NCBI GenBank assembly: GCA_043803685.1
Contig: JAZDJU010000049.1
Location: 1 to 57,308 of the forward strand
DNA length: 57,308 nt
Source of the DNA: Candidatus Omnitrophota bacterium
GTDB lineage: Bacteria; Omnitrophota; Omnitrophia; Omnitrophales; Aquincolibacteriaceae
Direction: 5' to 3'
In this document: one piece after another, positions 26,226 through 35,656 of the stretch
Position numbering within the stretch: position 1 is the first letter of the stretch
Layout: each line of letters begins with the position of its first letter
The notes under the pieces: model-generated
What the model saw: only the letters and a program-made list of their open reading frames with translations
Told to the model about the DNA's origin: nothing
The model's database searches: none
Position numbers and translations under genes: made by a program

Positions 26226-27740
26226 TTAATAGATCCGGGTTGCTTCCGTTTCCTGAACTGGACGGCTGATCGCATCGCTCGTCATAATGAGAGTCGTGCG
26301 GTGATCGCCTTCCTTGACCGCTTTCGCAGTCACTTCCCAAGTAGCTTTCTGGCCTGCCCCAAGGCTGGCAAGCGGTGCGAACTCCACCGTCTTGACATCC
26401 GTGGACTTGCCCTGGGTCGGACCTTCAGACGCCACATAGTCAAGATTCTCTTCAAAAGTCATCTTGACGACGATGTCGTTATCCGGGGCCGATCCCTGGT
26501 TGGTCACGGTCACATAGAGCTTCTCCGTGCCACCGACCTGGATCGGATCTTCCGTGTCAATGACTTCCAACAGGATGGCCGGAATACCCTGAACATCGCT
26601 TGCCGCTTGTGCAGAAGCTTCCTGGCAACAAGTCCCCGTGGCTCTGGCAACGCTCTCGCCCGAACCCCCCGTTACGGCCTTAAAGGTCGCATCGAGAGAA
26701 ACCTGCTTCCCTGCCTGCAAGGTGCCGATGTTCCACATGACTTTTCCGCCATCTTGCCGTCCGCCATCGCTGGCCTGGACGAACTTCATTCCGGAAGGAA
26801 TCGTCGTGCTGACAACCGTATTCTCAGAAGCGGCATCGCCAACGTTCTGGACGCCTACCTTGTAATCGGCATTCTTGGTTACGAAGATCTTGCTCGGTCC
26901 ATCAACACTCACCTTGAGCGAGGGCTGCATCACTTCCGTCTTAACCGAGGAAGAAGAAGCAGAGAGCCCGCCTGCCGCAGAAGCGCTGGCCGTATTGGAA
27001 TAGCTGCCAACATTCTGGGCTTTCAAATTCACGTTGTAGGCTTTCGACGCGCCGCCCGCGAGATCCCCAACGTTGATCGAGACAGAGTTCCTGCCATCGG
27101 TCGTCAAAAGACCTTCCGGCAATGTCTGTGTAATGACCGCGCCTTTGGCATAACCCGTGCCACTGTTCGTGACCGTCAACTTGACCGGGATCACATCGCA
27201 GATCAAAGCCTGGCTGGGCGCTTCAAGAACAACCTTCAGGCTAGGTGAGATCGCTTCAGACGCGAGACAAAGCAGCGGGTTATAAGTAGCCTTGGTGCAA
27301 GTCGTGGTCGCGTTAGCATCCATCGCGGCCCCGGTGATCGTGATGATCTTGGTTTCATTAGGCTTCAAATAACCGAGATCCCATTGCGCCACATTGCCAG
27401 TCTGCTTGGAAGCTTCAGGAACCGCTGTTTTAATCTCGTATTTTTCAGAAACTCTTTCGATCACGGTCACATCATCCAAACCACATTTGGAATCATTGGA
27501 AACCTTGATCGTGTAGGAATAAGGCTGCCCGATCAGGACCTGGCCCGGGATTTCCTTATCGATGTGGAGCGGACTGCTGGACTTTTCGCAATCATCACAT
27601 CCCATCGATCCGCGGATCATACCGGCAACCGGTTTGGATTCACTCTCACCGCAACAAGTCGCGCAACCGGACAACACAAAAGCGGTTCCGACAACAAGCA
27701 ACAGAGCGAGAACGCTCATTAGCTTTTTGGATTGGAACAT
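26226..27740 (-). CDS. OmcB-like cysteine-rich DUF11-repeat lipoprotein
   Basis: Lipobox LSGC, Cys clusters (CATCC, CDDC, TCC), four Ig-like repeats (Y.I.V.N, V.N.G), C-terminal ILLEVIDTEDPIQVG...VTNQGSA resembling chlamydial OmcB. Confidence 0.75.
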   Translation of the reverse strand: MFQSKKLMSVLALLLVVGTAFVLSGCATCCGESESKPVAGMIRGSMGCDDCEKSSSPLHIDKEIPGQVLIGQPYSYTIKVSNDSKCGLDDVTVIERVSEKYEIKTAVPEASKQTGNVAQWDLGYLKPNETKIITITGAAMDANATTTCTKATYNPLLCLASEAISPSLKVVLEAPSQALICDVIPVKLTVTNSGTGYAKGAVITQTLPEGLLTTDGRNSVSINVGDLAGGASKAYNVNLKAQNVGSYSNTASASAAGGLSASSSSVKTEVMQPSLKVSVDGPSKIFVTKNADYKVGVQNVGDAASENTVVSTTIPSGMKFVQASDGGRQDGGKVMWNIGTLQAGKQVSLDATFKAVTGGSGESVARATGTCCQEASAQAASDVQGIPAILLEVIDTEDPIQVGGTEKLYVTVTNQGSAPDNDIVVKMTFEENLDYVASEGPTQGKSTDVKTVEFAPLASLGAGQKATWEVTAKAVKEGDHRTTLIMTSDAISRPVQETEATRIY

Positions 27741-27881
27741 CTTGACCTCCTGTTATGTTTGTTGAAATGAAATCGAAAGAAAGGATCCAGATCACCCTGT
27801 GATTTCCAGGACGGCATTGTATCATTCCAAAAAAAACTCGCCACTTCTTTTTATCTCCAGATCGCAACTCCAGAAACAACG

Positions 27882-27912
27882 AAGGCGCCATGGAGGTTCT
27901 CCATGGCGCCTT
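27882..27912 (-). terminator. Terminator hairpin
   Basis: Perfect 14-bp inverted repeat AAGGCGCCATGGAG-gtt-CTCCATGGCGCCTT. Confidence 0.7.
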
Positions 27913-27934
27913 GGTTCCTTCGTGTTCCGATCTA

Positions 27935-28729
27935 TTAGTAGATCCGAGTAGCTTCCGTTTCGTCAACTGAACGCTGGATCGCATCACTCGTCAACTTCAC
28001 AGACGTGCGATGATCGCCTTCCTTCACGGCCTTAGCCGACACTTCCCAAGTGGCTTTCTTGCCTGCCGCAAGAGTGGCCAACGGCGCAAACTCCACCGAC
28101 TTGACATTGGTGGATCTCCCTTGAGTCGGTCCCGCAGACGCCACATAGTCGAGATTTTCTTCGAAATCCACTTTCACGACAATGTTCGAATCATCAGCAT
28201 TGCCCTGGTTCGTCACCGTCACATAGAATTTCTCCATCCCATCGACCTGGATCGGATCTTCCGTATCGATCACTTCAAGAAGGATCGCCGGCATTCCCAA
28301 CTGAGGCCCCTGGCACAGGGTCTGACTGTGGAACACCTTGGTACACGATTCGAACGAACCCACAGCCTTCGCGGTCCCGCTGATCTTGATCGTCTTGGTT
28401 TCTTTCGCTTTCAACGTGCCAAGATCCCACTGAACGGTCTGTCCGGTCACTTTGGAAGCTTCCGGAGTCGCGGTGCCCAGGCTATACGTCGCGGGCAACG
28501 TTTCGATGATCGAAACGTCTTCCACCGGGCCATTCGACCCATTGCTAACACGGATCGTGTACGTGTAGATCTTCCCGATCAGGATCTGCGGCGGCATATC
28601 CTTCTGAATGCAAAGAGGCGATGTTTGGCCATTACAACCCGCCGAAACTGCCGGGACAAAAGCAACACTGATCGTGATAACAAAAGCGAGAAAAACCATA
28701 GCCATTTTTGAGAACTTCGTTTGAGTCAT
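27935..28729 (-). CDS. Short OmcB-like paralog (two DUF11-like domains)
   Basis: Start MTQTKFSK after AAGGAG; C-terminal domain nearly identical to that of 26226..27740. Confidence 0.8.
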   Translation of the reverse strand: MTQTKFSKMAMVFLAFVITISVAFVPAVSAGCNGQTSPLCIQKDMPPQILIGKIYTYTIRVSNGSNGPVEDVSIIETLPATYSLGTATPEASKVTGQTVQWDLGTLKAKETKTIKISGTAKAVGSFESCTKVFHSQTLCQGPQLGMPAILLEVIDTEDPIQVDGMEKFYVTVTNQGNADDSNIVVKVDFEENLDYVASAGPTQGRSTNVKSVEFAPLATLAAGKKATWEVSAKAVKEGDHRTSVKLTSDAIQRSVDETEATRIY

Positions 28730-28784
28730 TGTCTTCTCCTTTTCGTTGGTTCGATAAGCGACGCGCTCACGCGTCGGGTCTATC

Positions 28785-29780
28785 CTAGAAATCGTAGCGG
28801 ATCTTCCCGTAACCGACATTTTCCAGATTCCTGTTCTGCACGAGCATATCCCAGCCGGCCGTCCAGGTCGCATGCCCCTTGTTCAGAAAAATAAGCCCCG
28901 CCCCGAAAACACCGCTGTTCCGTTGCCGTTCCTGGCTCTGGATATCACGGACATAAGCAATATCCCATTCGCTTTTGACAAAAGGAATGAAGGTCCCTAA
29001 TTTTTCGGAAACAAGGGATTGAGCGACTTTCACGCCAAAACCTTGCTCGAGGTCGTTGGAGCCTTCCCCTTTTACCTTATAGTCGTTCCGGCCAAGCCCC
29101 TTGACCTTGGAGAGATTCCTGTAGAGATAGCCCCAATCGAGAGACGTGTAGGGCGTCACATGCGTGTTTTTCTCCTTCCCAAAATTAAAGATATATCCGG
29201 CTTCGGTGCCGATCGTGTACTCCTGCCCATGGTAATCGGACTTCCCGACCTGCATGTTCGGAGCAAGAGCAAGATTGTATCTTTCGGTCCGCAGATCATA
29301 GTTGTGCTGGGTAAAGCCCACGGAGCTATCCGCATACCATCCATTGAGCCCCTGGTTCCGTACCGCTTCGGGAGAATACTTCCCGTTCTTACGGGACTCA
29401 CAAAGATCGATCGAATCGTAGGTCGCCGTCGCCGCCACCTGAAAGGCGTTATCATCGACCCCATAACTTCCAAATCCAGCCCTTCTTTGCTTGTAGTTCT
29501 TGTTGGAATATCCGTATCCAGAACTTCCCCCAAGGCGCACATGAGGGCTAACGATCTTGTCAAAGCCCAAAACATAATCCATGAAGTTATCCTGAAACGC
29601 CTTGTAGTTCTTGTTTTCCCTCTGATTATCTTGACCGGCAGCACCCGACACCCAAACGCCGGTCCCGCCAAAGTCATTCTGCGATTCAATGCTGGGGGTT
29701 GTGCCTTCAGACGCCATGGCGGGCGAAACAAAGGACGCGATGAGAAACAACATCGCGCTGATGAAAAGGAACTTTTTCAC
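28785..29780 (-). CDS. Autotransporter beta-domain protein without passenger
   Basis: Signal peptide (PAMA), then GVWVSG...GFD...GGSSGY...YAD...EAGY.F...TPY, C-terminal YDF; GGAGG RBS. Confidence 0.8.
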   Translation of the reverse strand: MKKFLFISAMLFLIASFVSPAMASEGTTPSIESQNDFGGTGVWVSGAAGQDNQRENKNYKAFQDNFMDYVLGFDKIVSPHVRLGGSSGYGYSNKNYKQRRAGFGSYGVDDNAFQVAATATYDSIDLCESRKNGKYSPEAVRNQGLNGWYADSSVGFTQHNYDLRTERYNLALAPNMQVGKSDYHGQEYTIGTEAGYIFNFGKEKNTHVTPYTSLDWGYLYRNLSKVKGLGRNDYKVKGEGSNDLEQGFGVKVAQSLVSEKLGTFIPFVKSEWDIAYVRDIQSQERQRNSGVFGAGLIFLNKGHATWTAGWDMLVQNRNLENVGYGKIRYDF

Positions 29781-30021
29781 TTGGGATTCCTCCTTTGATT
29801 GAAGCTAATAAAACAATGCTCGTTTGGACTTGTCTTCAGGGCGAAAACAACAGCATCTCCGACGCCGTGAAAAACAAAAAGTCTGTTGCTCATAAAATGA
29901 GAACCTTTGCGCCGGCAATTATACCCTTCACGAAAGATGTGGCAAACTTTTTCTCGCTCAAGATCACATGAGAATGCTTTTTGAGTTTCTTAGGATAGGC
30001 GATCTCATGGTACAATCCGCC

Positions 30022-31359
30022 ATGATCCAAAGGGCCATGCGGTTTTTAAAGCAGGATATCTGGCGCATCCGGCGACGTGACGCTACGGGAATTCGGGGAA
30101 AAGGCGTCCGGTTGCTTCGCATCTTTCTTCTGTCCTTCAGTCAATTCTCGAGTGATATGTGTTCGCTCCGTGCCGCCGCCCTCACATTCTTTTCCCTTCT
30201 CTCCATCGTCCCCGTGCTCGCCATGTCCTTTGGGATCGCCAAAGGCTTTGGGCTCGATAAGCTTTTGCGTGAAAAATTGCTTGAGAGTATGCAGGGCCAG
30301 CAAGAAATCCTCAATCGGATCATTACTTTCGCGGAAACGATGTTGGATAACACCAAAGGCGGGCTCGTCGCAGGCGTCGGCGTGGCACTTCTTCTCTGGT
30401 CCGTGATCCAGGTCCTCGGGAATATTGAATCCTCATTCAATGGTATTTGGGGTATCAAGAAAGAGCGAACCCTCGGCCGGAAATTCACCGATTACCTCTC
30501 GCTCATGTTGGTCGCGCCGGTCCTCTATATCGTCGCCACCAGCGCCACGGTCTTCGCGGCCAGTCAGGTCGTCGTCATCACACAGAAGCTTGCTTTTCTT
30601 GGCGCGGTGGTACCGCTGATCCTGATGGGACTCAAGCTTATTTCCTTTTTGCTGTTCGGAGGTCTCTTAACCTATCTTTATATCGCCATGCCCAACGGAA
30701 AAGTCCATTTCAAATCCGCCCTTCTCGGCGGCGTGGTCGCGGGCGTTCTGTACCAGATCGTTCAGTGGTTCTATATCCGTTTCCAGATCGGAGCTTCCAG
30801 CGCCGGCGCCATTTATGGAAGTTTCGCCGCCCTGCCCCTTTTCCTGATATGGCTGCAGACGAGCTGGCGCATCGTACTTTACGGCGCGGAGCTCGCTTTC
30901 TCGCACCAGAATGAACAAACTTTCGAATTTGAGCAGGACTGCTTGAGCGCAAGCTATGAGATCCGGAAACTTCTCTCGCTTCGAATCACGCAGCTCTGCG
31001 TCTCGCGTTTCGCCCCGGGGTTCCCTCCCCTTTCCGCTGAGGAGATCGCCGCACAGCTCGAAATGCCGATACGCCTGACCCGGGACCTTCTCTTTCATCT
31101 GACCGAGGCCCATATCCTGACGATCGCTCACGGCGAAAGTGAACGCGACCGCCGTTATCAGCCCGCTCGCGACGTTGGGGATATGACCGTCCAGTTCGTG
31201 GTTGAACAAATGGAGAAGGCGGGAACCCATGACATTCCGATCGCTCAGACACCGGAGCTTGAAAAATTGCGGGCCTCGCTTCTTGCTTTTGAACACACGA
31301 TCCAGAAACTTCCCGAGAACAAACTCCTGAAAGACCTGAGCCCGGTCCGTGGTTCATAA
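30022..31359 (+). CDS. YihY/BrkB family membrane protein
   Basis: AAALTFFSLLSIVP, FNGIW, IYGSFAALPLFLIWL..SW.IVLYGAE, C-terminal wHTH-like region. Start approximate. Confidence 0.9.
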   Translation: MIQRAMRFLKQDIWRIRRRDATGIRGKGVRLLRIFLLSFSQFSSDMCSLRAAALTFFSLLSIVPVLAMSFGIAKGFGLDKLLREKLLESMQGQQEILNRIITFAETMLDNTKGGLVAGVGVALLLWSVIQVLGNIESSFNGIWGIKKERTLGRKFTDYLSLMLVAPVLYIVATSATVFAASQVVVITQKLAFLGAVVPLILMGLKLISFLLFGGLLTYLYIAMPNGKVHFKSALLGGVVAGVLYQIVQWFYIRFQIGASSAGAIYGSFAALPLFLIWLQTSWRIVLYGAELAFSHQNEQTFEFEQDCLSASYEIRKLLSLRITQLCVSRFAPGFPPLSAEEIAAQLEMPIRLTRDLLFHLTEAHILTIAHGESERDRRYQPARDVGDMTVQFVVEQMEKAGTHDIPIAQTPELEKLRASLLAFEHTIQKLPENKLLKDLSPVRGS

Positions 31360-31369
31360 AGGACGATTC

Positions 31370-32107
31370 ATGTCTTCCCGCAAAGCCCTATTCTTTATTC
31401 TATCCTTTTTCTTCATCACCATCCCATGCCTTCACGCGGGGTGGAAAGAACAATTACAATCAGCGATAAAACCCCTGCAGCAGGCCAATCTGAACGATAC
31501 CAGGATCGGCCAGGGACTCAAAGAGGCGCTGGGCGTCGGCATTGATAACGCCGTCAAGAAAGCTAGCGCCGCCGGCGGCTATTCCAAAAACGATCTGATC
31601 AAGATCCGATTTCCTCAACAGCTTTCGCTTGTTGAAAAAGGGCTCCGGGCGGTCGGCATGGGCGCGAAGGTCGATGATTTTGAAAGAAGTGTGAACCAAG
31701 CAGCCGAAGCAGCAGCCCCCCAGGCTAAGGGAGCGCTCCTGGATGCGGTCATGGGAATGTCTTTTGCGGACGCTCAGGGAATTCTAAAAGGAGGCGATAC
31801 CGCGGCGACAGATTACTTTAAGAAAACAACATGGGACCGGCTCTATCAAACCGTCTCCCCTGTTATGAAGAAAACTCTCGACCAATACAGCGTGTCTCAA
31901 AAGTACGACCAGTTGCTTCAAGCCTACAGCAAGATCCCGCTCGCGGCCAAACCAAAATTCGTCGCAGCGGATCAATATGCCACAACGAAAGCGCTGGACG
32001 GGCTTTTTGTTTTGATCGCCGAACAGGAAAAAAAGATCCGGACCGACCCCTCGGCCCGGGTCACGGACCTCCTCAAAACGGTTTTTTCGGCGGCGGGAAA
32101 AAAGTAG
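31370..32107 (+). CDS. DUF4197 family protein
   Basis: GLKEAL..G, NQAAE.A, ATDYF, ALDGLF..IA.QEKKIR.DP..R...LL..VF. Confidence 0.9.
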   Translation: MSSRKALFFILSFFFITIPCLHAGWKEQLQSAIKPLQQANLNDTRIGQGLKEALGVGIDNAVKKASAAGGYSKNDLIKIRFPQQLSLVEKGLRAVGMGAKVDDFERSVNQAAEAAAPQAKGALLDAVMGMSFADAQGILKGGDTAATDYFKKTTWDRLYQTVSPVMKKTLDQYSVSQKYDQLLQAYSKIPLAAKPKFVAADQYATTKALDGLFVLIAEQEKKIRTDPSARVTDLLKTVFSAAGKK

Positions 32108-32261
32108 CCCTCACCTCGCAGAGAACACGAATCGCGCTGGAGCTTCAATAAAGTCGGGTCGCAGGCCCATGCTGTCCTTGTCGTTCTTGGATCTTTCATC
32201 GAGAACCGGGACGCGCCGGTGCATTGAGCACAGGCAACACTCTCAGGGACTTACACGATAT

Positions 32262-32984
32262 CTACTTTATCTCGAATTTGTGGATGGCCGTCAGGATCGG
32301 CGCGGGGGTTTTTGGGTTTTTGATATAAATGGAGGCGCCGGAAGCAAGGCTCTTCTCACGAAAATCCATTTCCGAGCATGTGTACACGATCAGGGGAACG
32401 TCCGTACAACTCCGGATCAGCGAGATCATATCTTTTCCCTCGATGGAATGCTGCTCGTAGGCCATCACGACATAATCGGGAGGCTGTTCCGCAAAACTAG
32501 CCTTAAAACTGCTCACATCATTGATAAAGATCACCTGGAAGCGTTCCGCTCTTAATTCTTTGGCGATGGCCTGCGCCAACCCATGCCCCTCGATATCCGC
32601 AAGATAAACCCTCTTGGGTTTCTTCAAAAGCACCTGCTTCACCTTTTCAAGCACGCTCGCCATCTCGAACGGTTTATTGATAAAACCGTCTACGGCAATC
32701 TCTCCCATCAAACTCTCGAACTCGCTGCGAGCTGTCATGAGAATCACTGGCATCCGTGGCACACCATAAGGATCCGACACAGCGCTCAGAAAATTGAACC
32801 CGTCCTTCTCCGGCATTCGAATATCCAGCAAGACCAGGTCGACAGGCCCCGACTCAAGAGCCTGAAGGGCCTCATCCACGCTCTCAGCCGTAAGAACCTC
32901 ATAGCCTTCTTTCTGCAGATGAATTTGCAAAAGCTTCAGGAGCGTCGGCTCGTCATCCACGATCAAGATCTTCTTTTCGCTCAT
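32262..32984 (-). CDS. Response regulator with two REC domains (second degenerate)
   Basis: Canonical first REC (VDDE, LLDIRMP, MTA, KPF); the second lacks the phospho-Asp (VVMAYE). Confidence 0.85.
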   Translation of the reverse strand: MSEKKILIVDDEPTLLKLLQIHLQKEGYEVLTAESVDEALQALESGPVDLVLLDIRMPEKDGFNFLSAVSDPYGVPRMPVILMTARSEFESLMGEIAVDGFINKPFEMASVLEKVKQVLLKKPKRVYLADIEGHGLAQAIAKELRAERFQVIFINDVSSFKASFAEQPPDYVVMAYEQHSIEGKDMISLIRSCTDVPLIVYTCSEMDFREKSLASGASIYIKNPKTPAPILTAIHKFEIK

Positions 32985-33136
32985 GATAGCTCCTTAATAC
33001 TGCGATCTGTTTAAAGTCCGGAAAAATTCTGTAACGTACCGTTCCTGGGTATTGTACGTTGAGGCGGTTCGTAATTTCAAGGAATAGGTACGTTCTCATT
33101 TTTGAGAACCCTGCTCCCGTTCGAATCCCCTAGAAA

Positions 33137-33176
33137 CACAAAAACGCCTGGCACTGTTGTGCCAGACGTTTTTGTG
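33137..33176. terminator. Palindrome/terminator downstream of tRNA-Lys
   Basis: CACAAAAACGCCTGGCAC-tgtt-GTGCCAGACGTTTTTGTG. Confidence 0.7.
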
Positions 33177-33371
33177 CCCTGATCTTCAATATTTCCATAA
33201 CAGAGATCAGGACAACACTCATTTCCAATAAAAATTTAATGGAAAATAAGTGTGAGCCCGGATGTTCTGCTTCGCTATGTCTTTAACAGCATAGCTTCGC
33301 AGGAACTCGGATTCTTCGTGGGGAGAAATTCCTTCGAAGCTCAGCGCAATAAGCGACTGAGCGAAGAAGAA

Positions 33372-33444
33372 TGAGCCCGGATGGATTCGAACCATCGACA
33401 CCCGCCTTAAAAGGGCGATGCTCTACCAACTGAGCTACGGGCCC
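33372..33444 (-). tRNA. tRNA-Lys(TTT)
   Basis: GGGCCCGTAGCTCAGTTGGTAGAGCATCGCCCTTTTAAGGCGGGTGTCGATGGTTCGAATCCATCCGGGCTCA; CCA not encoded. Confidence 0.97.
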
Positions 33445-33450
33445 GCGAAT

Positions 33451-33532
33451 CAGACTGGAGACCTCAGACTTAAGACTACAGACTCAAAAGGAATGGCTTT
33501 GTCTGTGGTCTGTCGACTGTAGTCTGCAGTCT
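33451..33532. repeat. 7-nt-periodic AGAC/GTCT stem-loop
   Basis: cagactg gagacct cagactt aagacta cagactc ... gtctgtg gtctgtc gactgta gtctgca gtct. Confidence 0.8.
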
Positions 33533-34104
33533 CAGATGGAATGTATTTCCGTTTCTTTGTGCTTCAGAGCTTCATCGACCTGCTCGATGAACTGGTCCGT
33601 GAACTTCTGAATCTCTTTTTGCGAAGAGTGCGACATGTCTTCGGGGATCGTCTTGGCCTTCTCGAGCTTCTTCAACTGCTCGATCGCCTCGTGACGGGAA
33701 TTGCGGATCGAAACACGTCCCTCTTCGGCAACACGGCGAATGACCTTCGTAAGTTCCTGGCGACGCTCATCCGTGAGCCCCGGGATCTGAATGCGAAGGA
33801 TCTTCCCGTCATTAGCGGGCGTCAGCCCCAGATCGGACTTCAGGATCGCTTTTTCGATTTCCGCCACAGCCGTCAGATCCCACGGCTGGATCTGGATGGT
33901 CCGGGCGTCCGGCGTGGAGATCGTTCCGAGATTCTTGATCGGCGTCGGCGTGTTGTAGTAGTTGACCTGGATCCCTTCGACCAGGGCGATCGACGCGCGG
34001 CCGGTACGGATATTCTGGAACTCTTTTTTCGTGGCCTCCAAGCTCTTGGCCATCCTCTTTTTTGTTTCTTCCGCGAGCTTCTTCACATCCGTAATGTCGT
34101 TCAT
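33532..34104 (-). CDS. frr: Ribosome recycling factor
   Basis: IRTGRAS, IEKAILKSDLGLTP.NDG, LTDERR, RVSIRN.R. Confidence 0.97.
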   Translation of the reverse strand: MNDITDVKKLAEETKKRMAKSLEATKKEFQNIRTGRASIALVEGIQVNYYNTPTPIKNLGTISTPDARTIQIQPWDLTAVAEIEKAILKSDLGLTPANDGKILRIQIPGLTDERRQELTKVIRRVAEEGRVSIRNSRHEAIEQLKKLEKAKTIPEDMSHSSQKEIQKFTDQFIEQVDEALKHKETEIHSI

Positions 34105-34153
34105 GGCAATTCCTCCATTAGTCTGGAAACATGAAAAAAATGACCCGTCCTCA

Positions 34154-34867
34154 TTAGGAAACGAGGGTCCCGATCTTCTCTCCCATCACCACGCGGCGAA
34201 TATTGCCGGGCTGGTTCAAATTGAACACGATGATCGGCAGCTGGTTCTCCATACAAAGCGAAGTCGCCGTCGTGTCCATCACGCGAAGCTGTTTTTTGAT
34301 CACATCAAGATAGTTGAGGCTCGTAAATTTTTTGGCGTTCTTGTGCTTCATCGGGTCTTTATCGTAAACGCCGTCCACCTTGGTCGCCTTCAGGATCACT
34401 TCCGCGTTCATCTCGACGGCGCGCAGCGCGGCCGCCGTGTCGGTCGTAAAATAGGGATTCCCGGTACCCGCGGCAAAGATCACCACACGGCCCTTTTCGA
34501 GGTGACGGATGGCCCGACGGCGGATATACGGCTCGCAAAGCGCCTTGATCTCAAGAGCGGACTGGACTCGCGTCTGAACGCCGACCTTCTCGAGCGCATC
34601 CGACATCACGAGCCCGTTCATGACCGTCGCAAGCATCCCGATGTAGTCGGCCGTGGCCCGATCGATCCCGTTCTTTTCGCCCTCAACGCCCCGGAAAAAA
34701 TTTCCTCCGCCGATAATGCAGACAATGCTCACACCCAGTTCACGGATGCCCTTGATCTGCAGGGCAATGGAAGCGATGACCTTCGGGTCGATCCCGAAAC
34801 CCCGGTCCCCCTCGAGGGCTTCCCCGGAAAGCTTGAGCACGATGCGCTTGTAGATGGGTTTTTTCAT
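34154..34867 (-). CDS. pyrH: UMP kinase
   Basis: [29 protein letters not shown]. Confidence 0.98.
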   Translation of the reverse strand: MKKPIYKRIVLKLSGEALEGDRGFGIDPKVIASIALQIKGIRELGVSIVCIIGGGNFFRGVEGEKNGIDRATADYIGMLATVMNGLVMSDALEKVGVQTRVQSALEIKALCEPYIRRRAIRHLEKGRVVIFAAGTGNPYFTTDTAAALRAVEMNAEVILKATKVDGVYDKDPMKHKNAKKFTSLNYLDVIKKQLRVMDTTATSLCMENQLPIIVFNLNQPGNIRRVVMGEKIGTLVS

Positions 34868-34872
34868 TGCTT

Positions 34873-34953
34873 CAGACCTGAGACTGAAGACTGCAGCTCA
34901 CAGACTGAAATACCAAAAAGGCTCTGGTCTTCGGTCTGCGTTCTGCGGTCTGT
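34873..34953. repeat. 7-nt-periodic AGAC/GTCT stem-loop
   Basis: cagacct gagactg aagactg cagctca cagactg ... ggtcttc ggtctgc gttctgc ggtctgt. Confidence 0.8.
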
Positions 34954-35559
34954 TTAGTTGCCGCCAACCTCGAAACGCACAAAGCGGCGAATGATGATAT
35001 TCTCGCCGATCTTCGCGATAAATTCCGTCACAATATCCTGTACGGTCCGGCTGTCATCCTTGATGAATTTCTGATTGAGAAGACAGATATCCTCATAACG
35101 CTTCGTGAGCTTGCCTTCCACGATCTTGTTACGAACCGGCTCCGGCTTGTCCTTGACCTGCTCCAAGAAGATCGCTTTTTCTTTTTCGAGGTCCGCCTCC
35201 GGGATGTTCTCCGGACTCACGTACAAAGGATGCGCCGCCGCGATCTGCATCGCAATATCGCGCGTAAAGGATTGAAAGGTGTCATTCTTGGCCACGAAAT
35301 CGGTTTCACAATTGATCTCCAACAACACGCCCAACTTACCGCCGGCATGAATGTAGGAAATGATCTGGCCTTCGCGGGCCTCCCGGGTGGACTTCTTCTT
35401 GGCGATATCGAGCCCCTTTTTACGGATCACGTCCTGGGCCCCTTTCAGGTCCCCGCCAGCTTCCACGAGGGCGTTCTTGCAATCCATCATTCCCGCTCCC
35501 GTCAATTCCCGTAGTTTGGCCAGATCCGCACTGCTGAACTTCACTTCTTTGGTCGTCAT
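34954..35559 (-). CDS. tsf: Elongation factor Ts (short ~200-aa form)
   Basis: LRELTGAGMMDCK.AL, EINCETDFVAK, GENI.IRRF.R. Confidence 0.98.
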   Translation of the reverse strand: MTTKEVKFSSADLAKLRELTGAGMMDCKNALVEAGGDLKGAQDVIRKKGLDIAKKKSTREAREGQIISYIHAGGKLGVLLEINCETDFVAKNDTFQSFTRDIAMQIAAAHPLYVSPENIPEADLEKEKAIFLEQVKDKPEPVRNKIVEGKLTKRYEDICLLNQKFIKDDSRTVQDIVTEFIAKIGENIIIRRFVRFEVGGN

Positions 35560-35656
35560 GATCTCTTGTCCTTATCTGTTAAAACACTAATATGTCTATG
35601 AGAAAACGCACAAAAGCCAATGCCTCAAAACAGGCGTATAAGCGCCTGCAACAGGA

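Noticed and set aside
34954..35559. Short EF-Ts as a truncation
   Set aside because: The ~200-aa form is a known natural variant and its motifs are intact.
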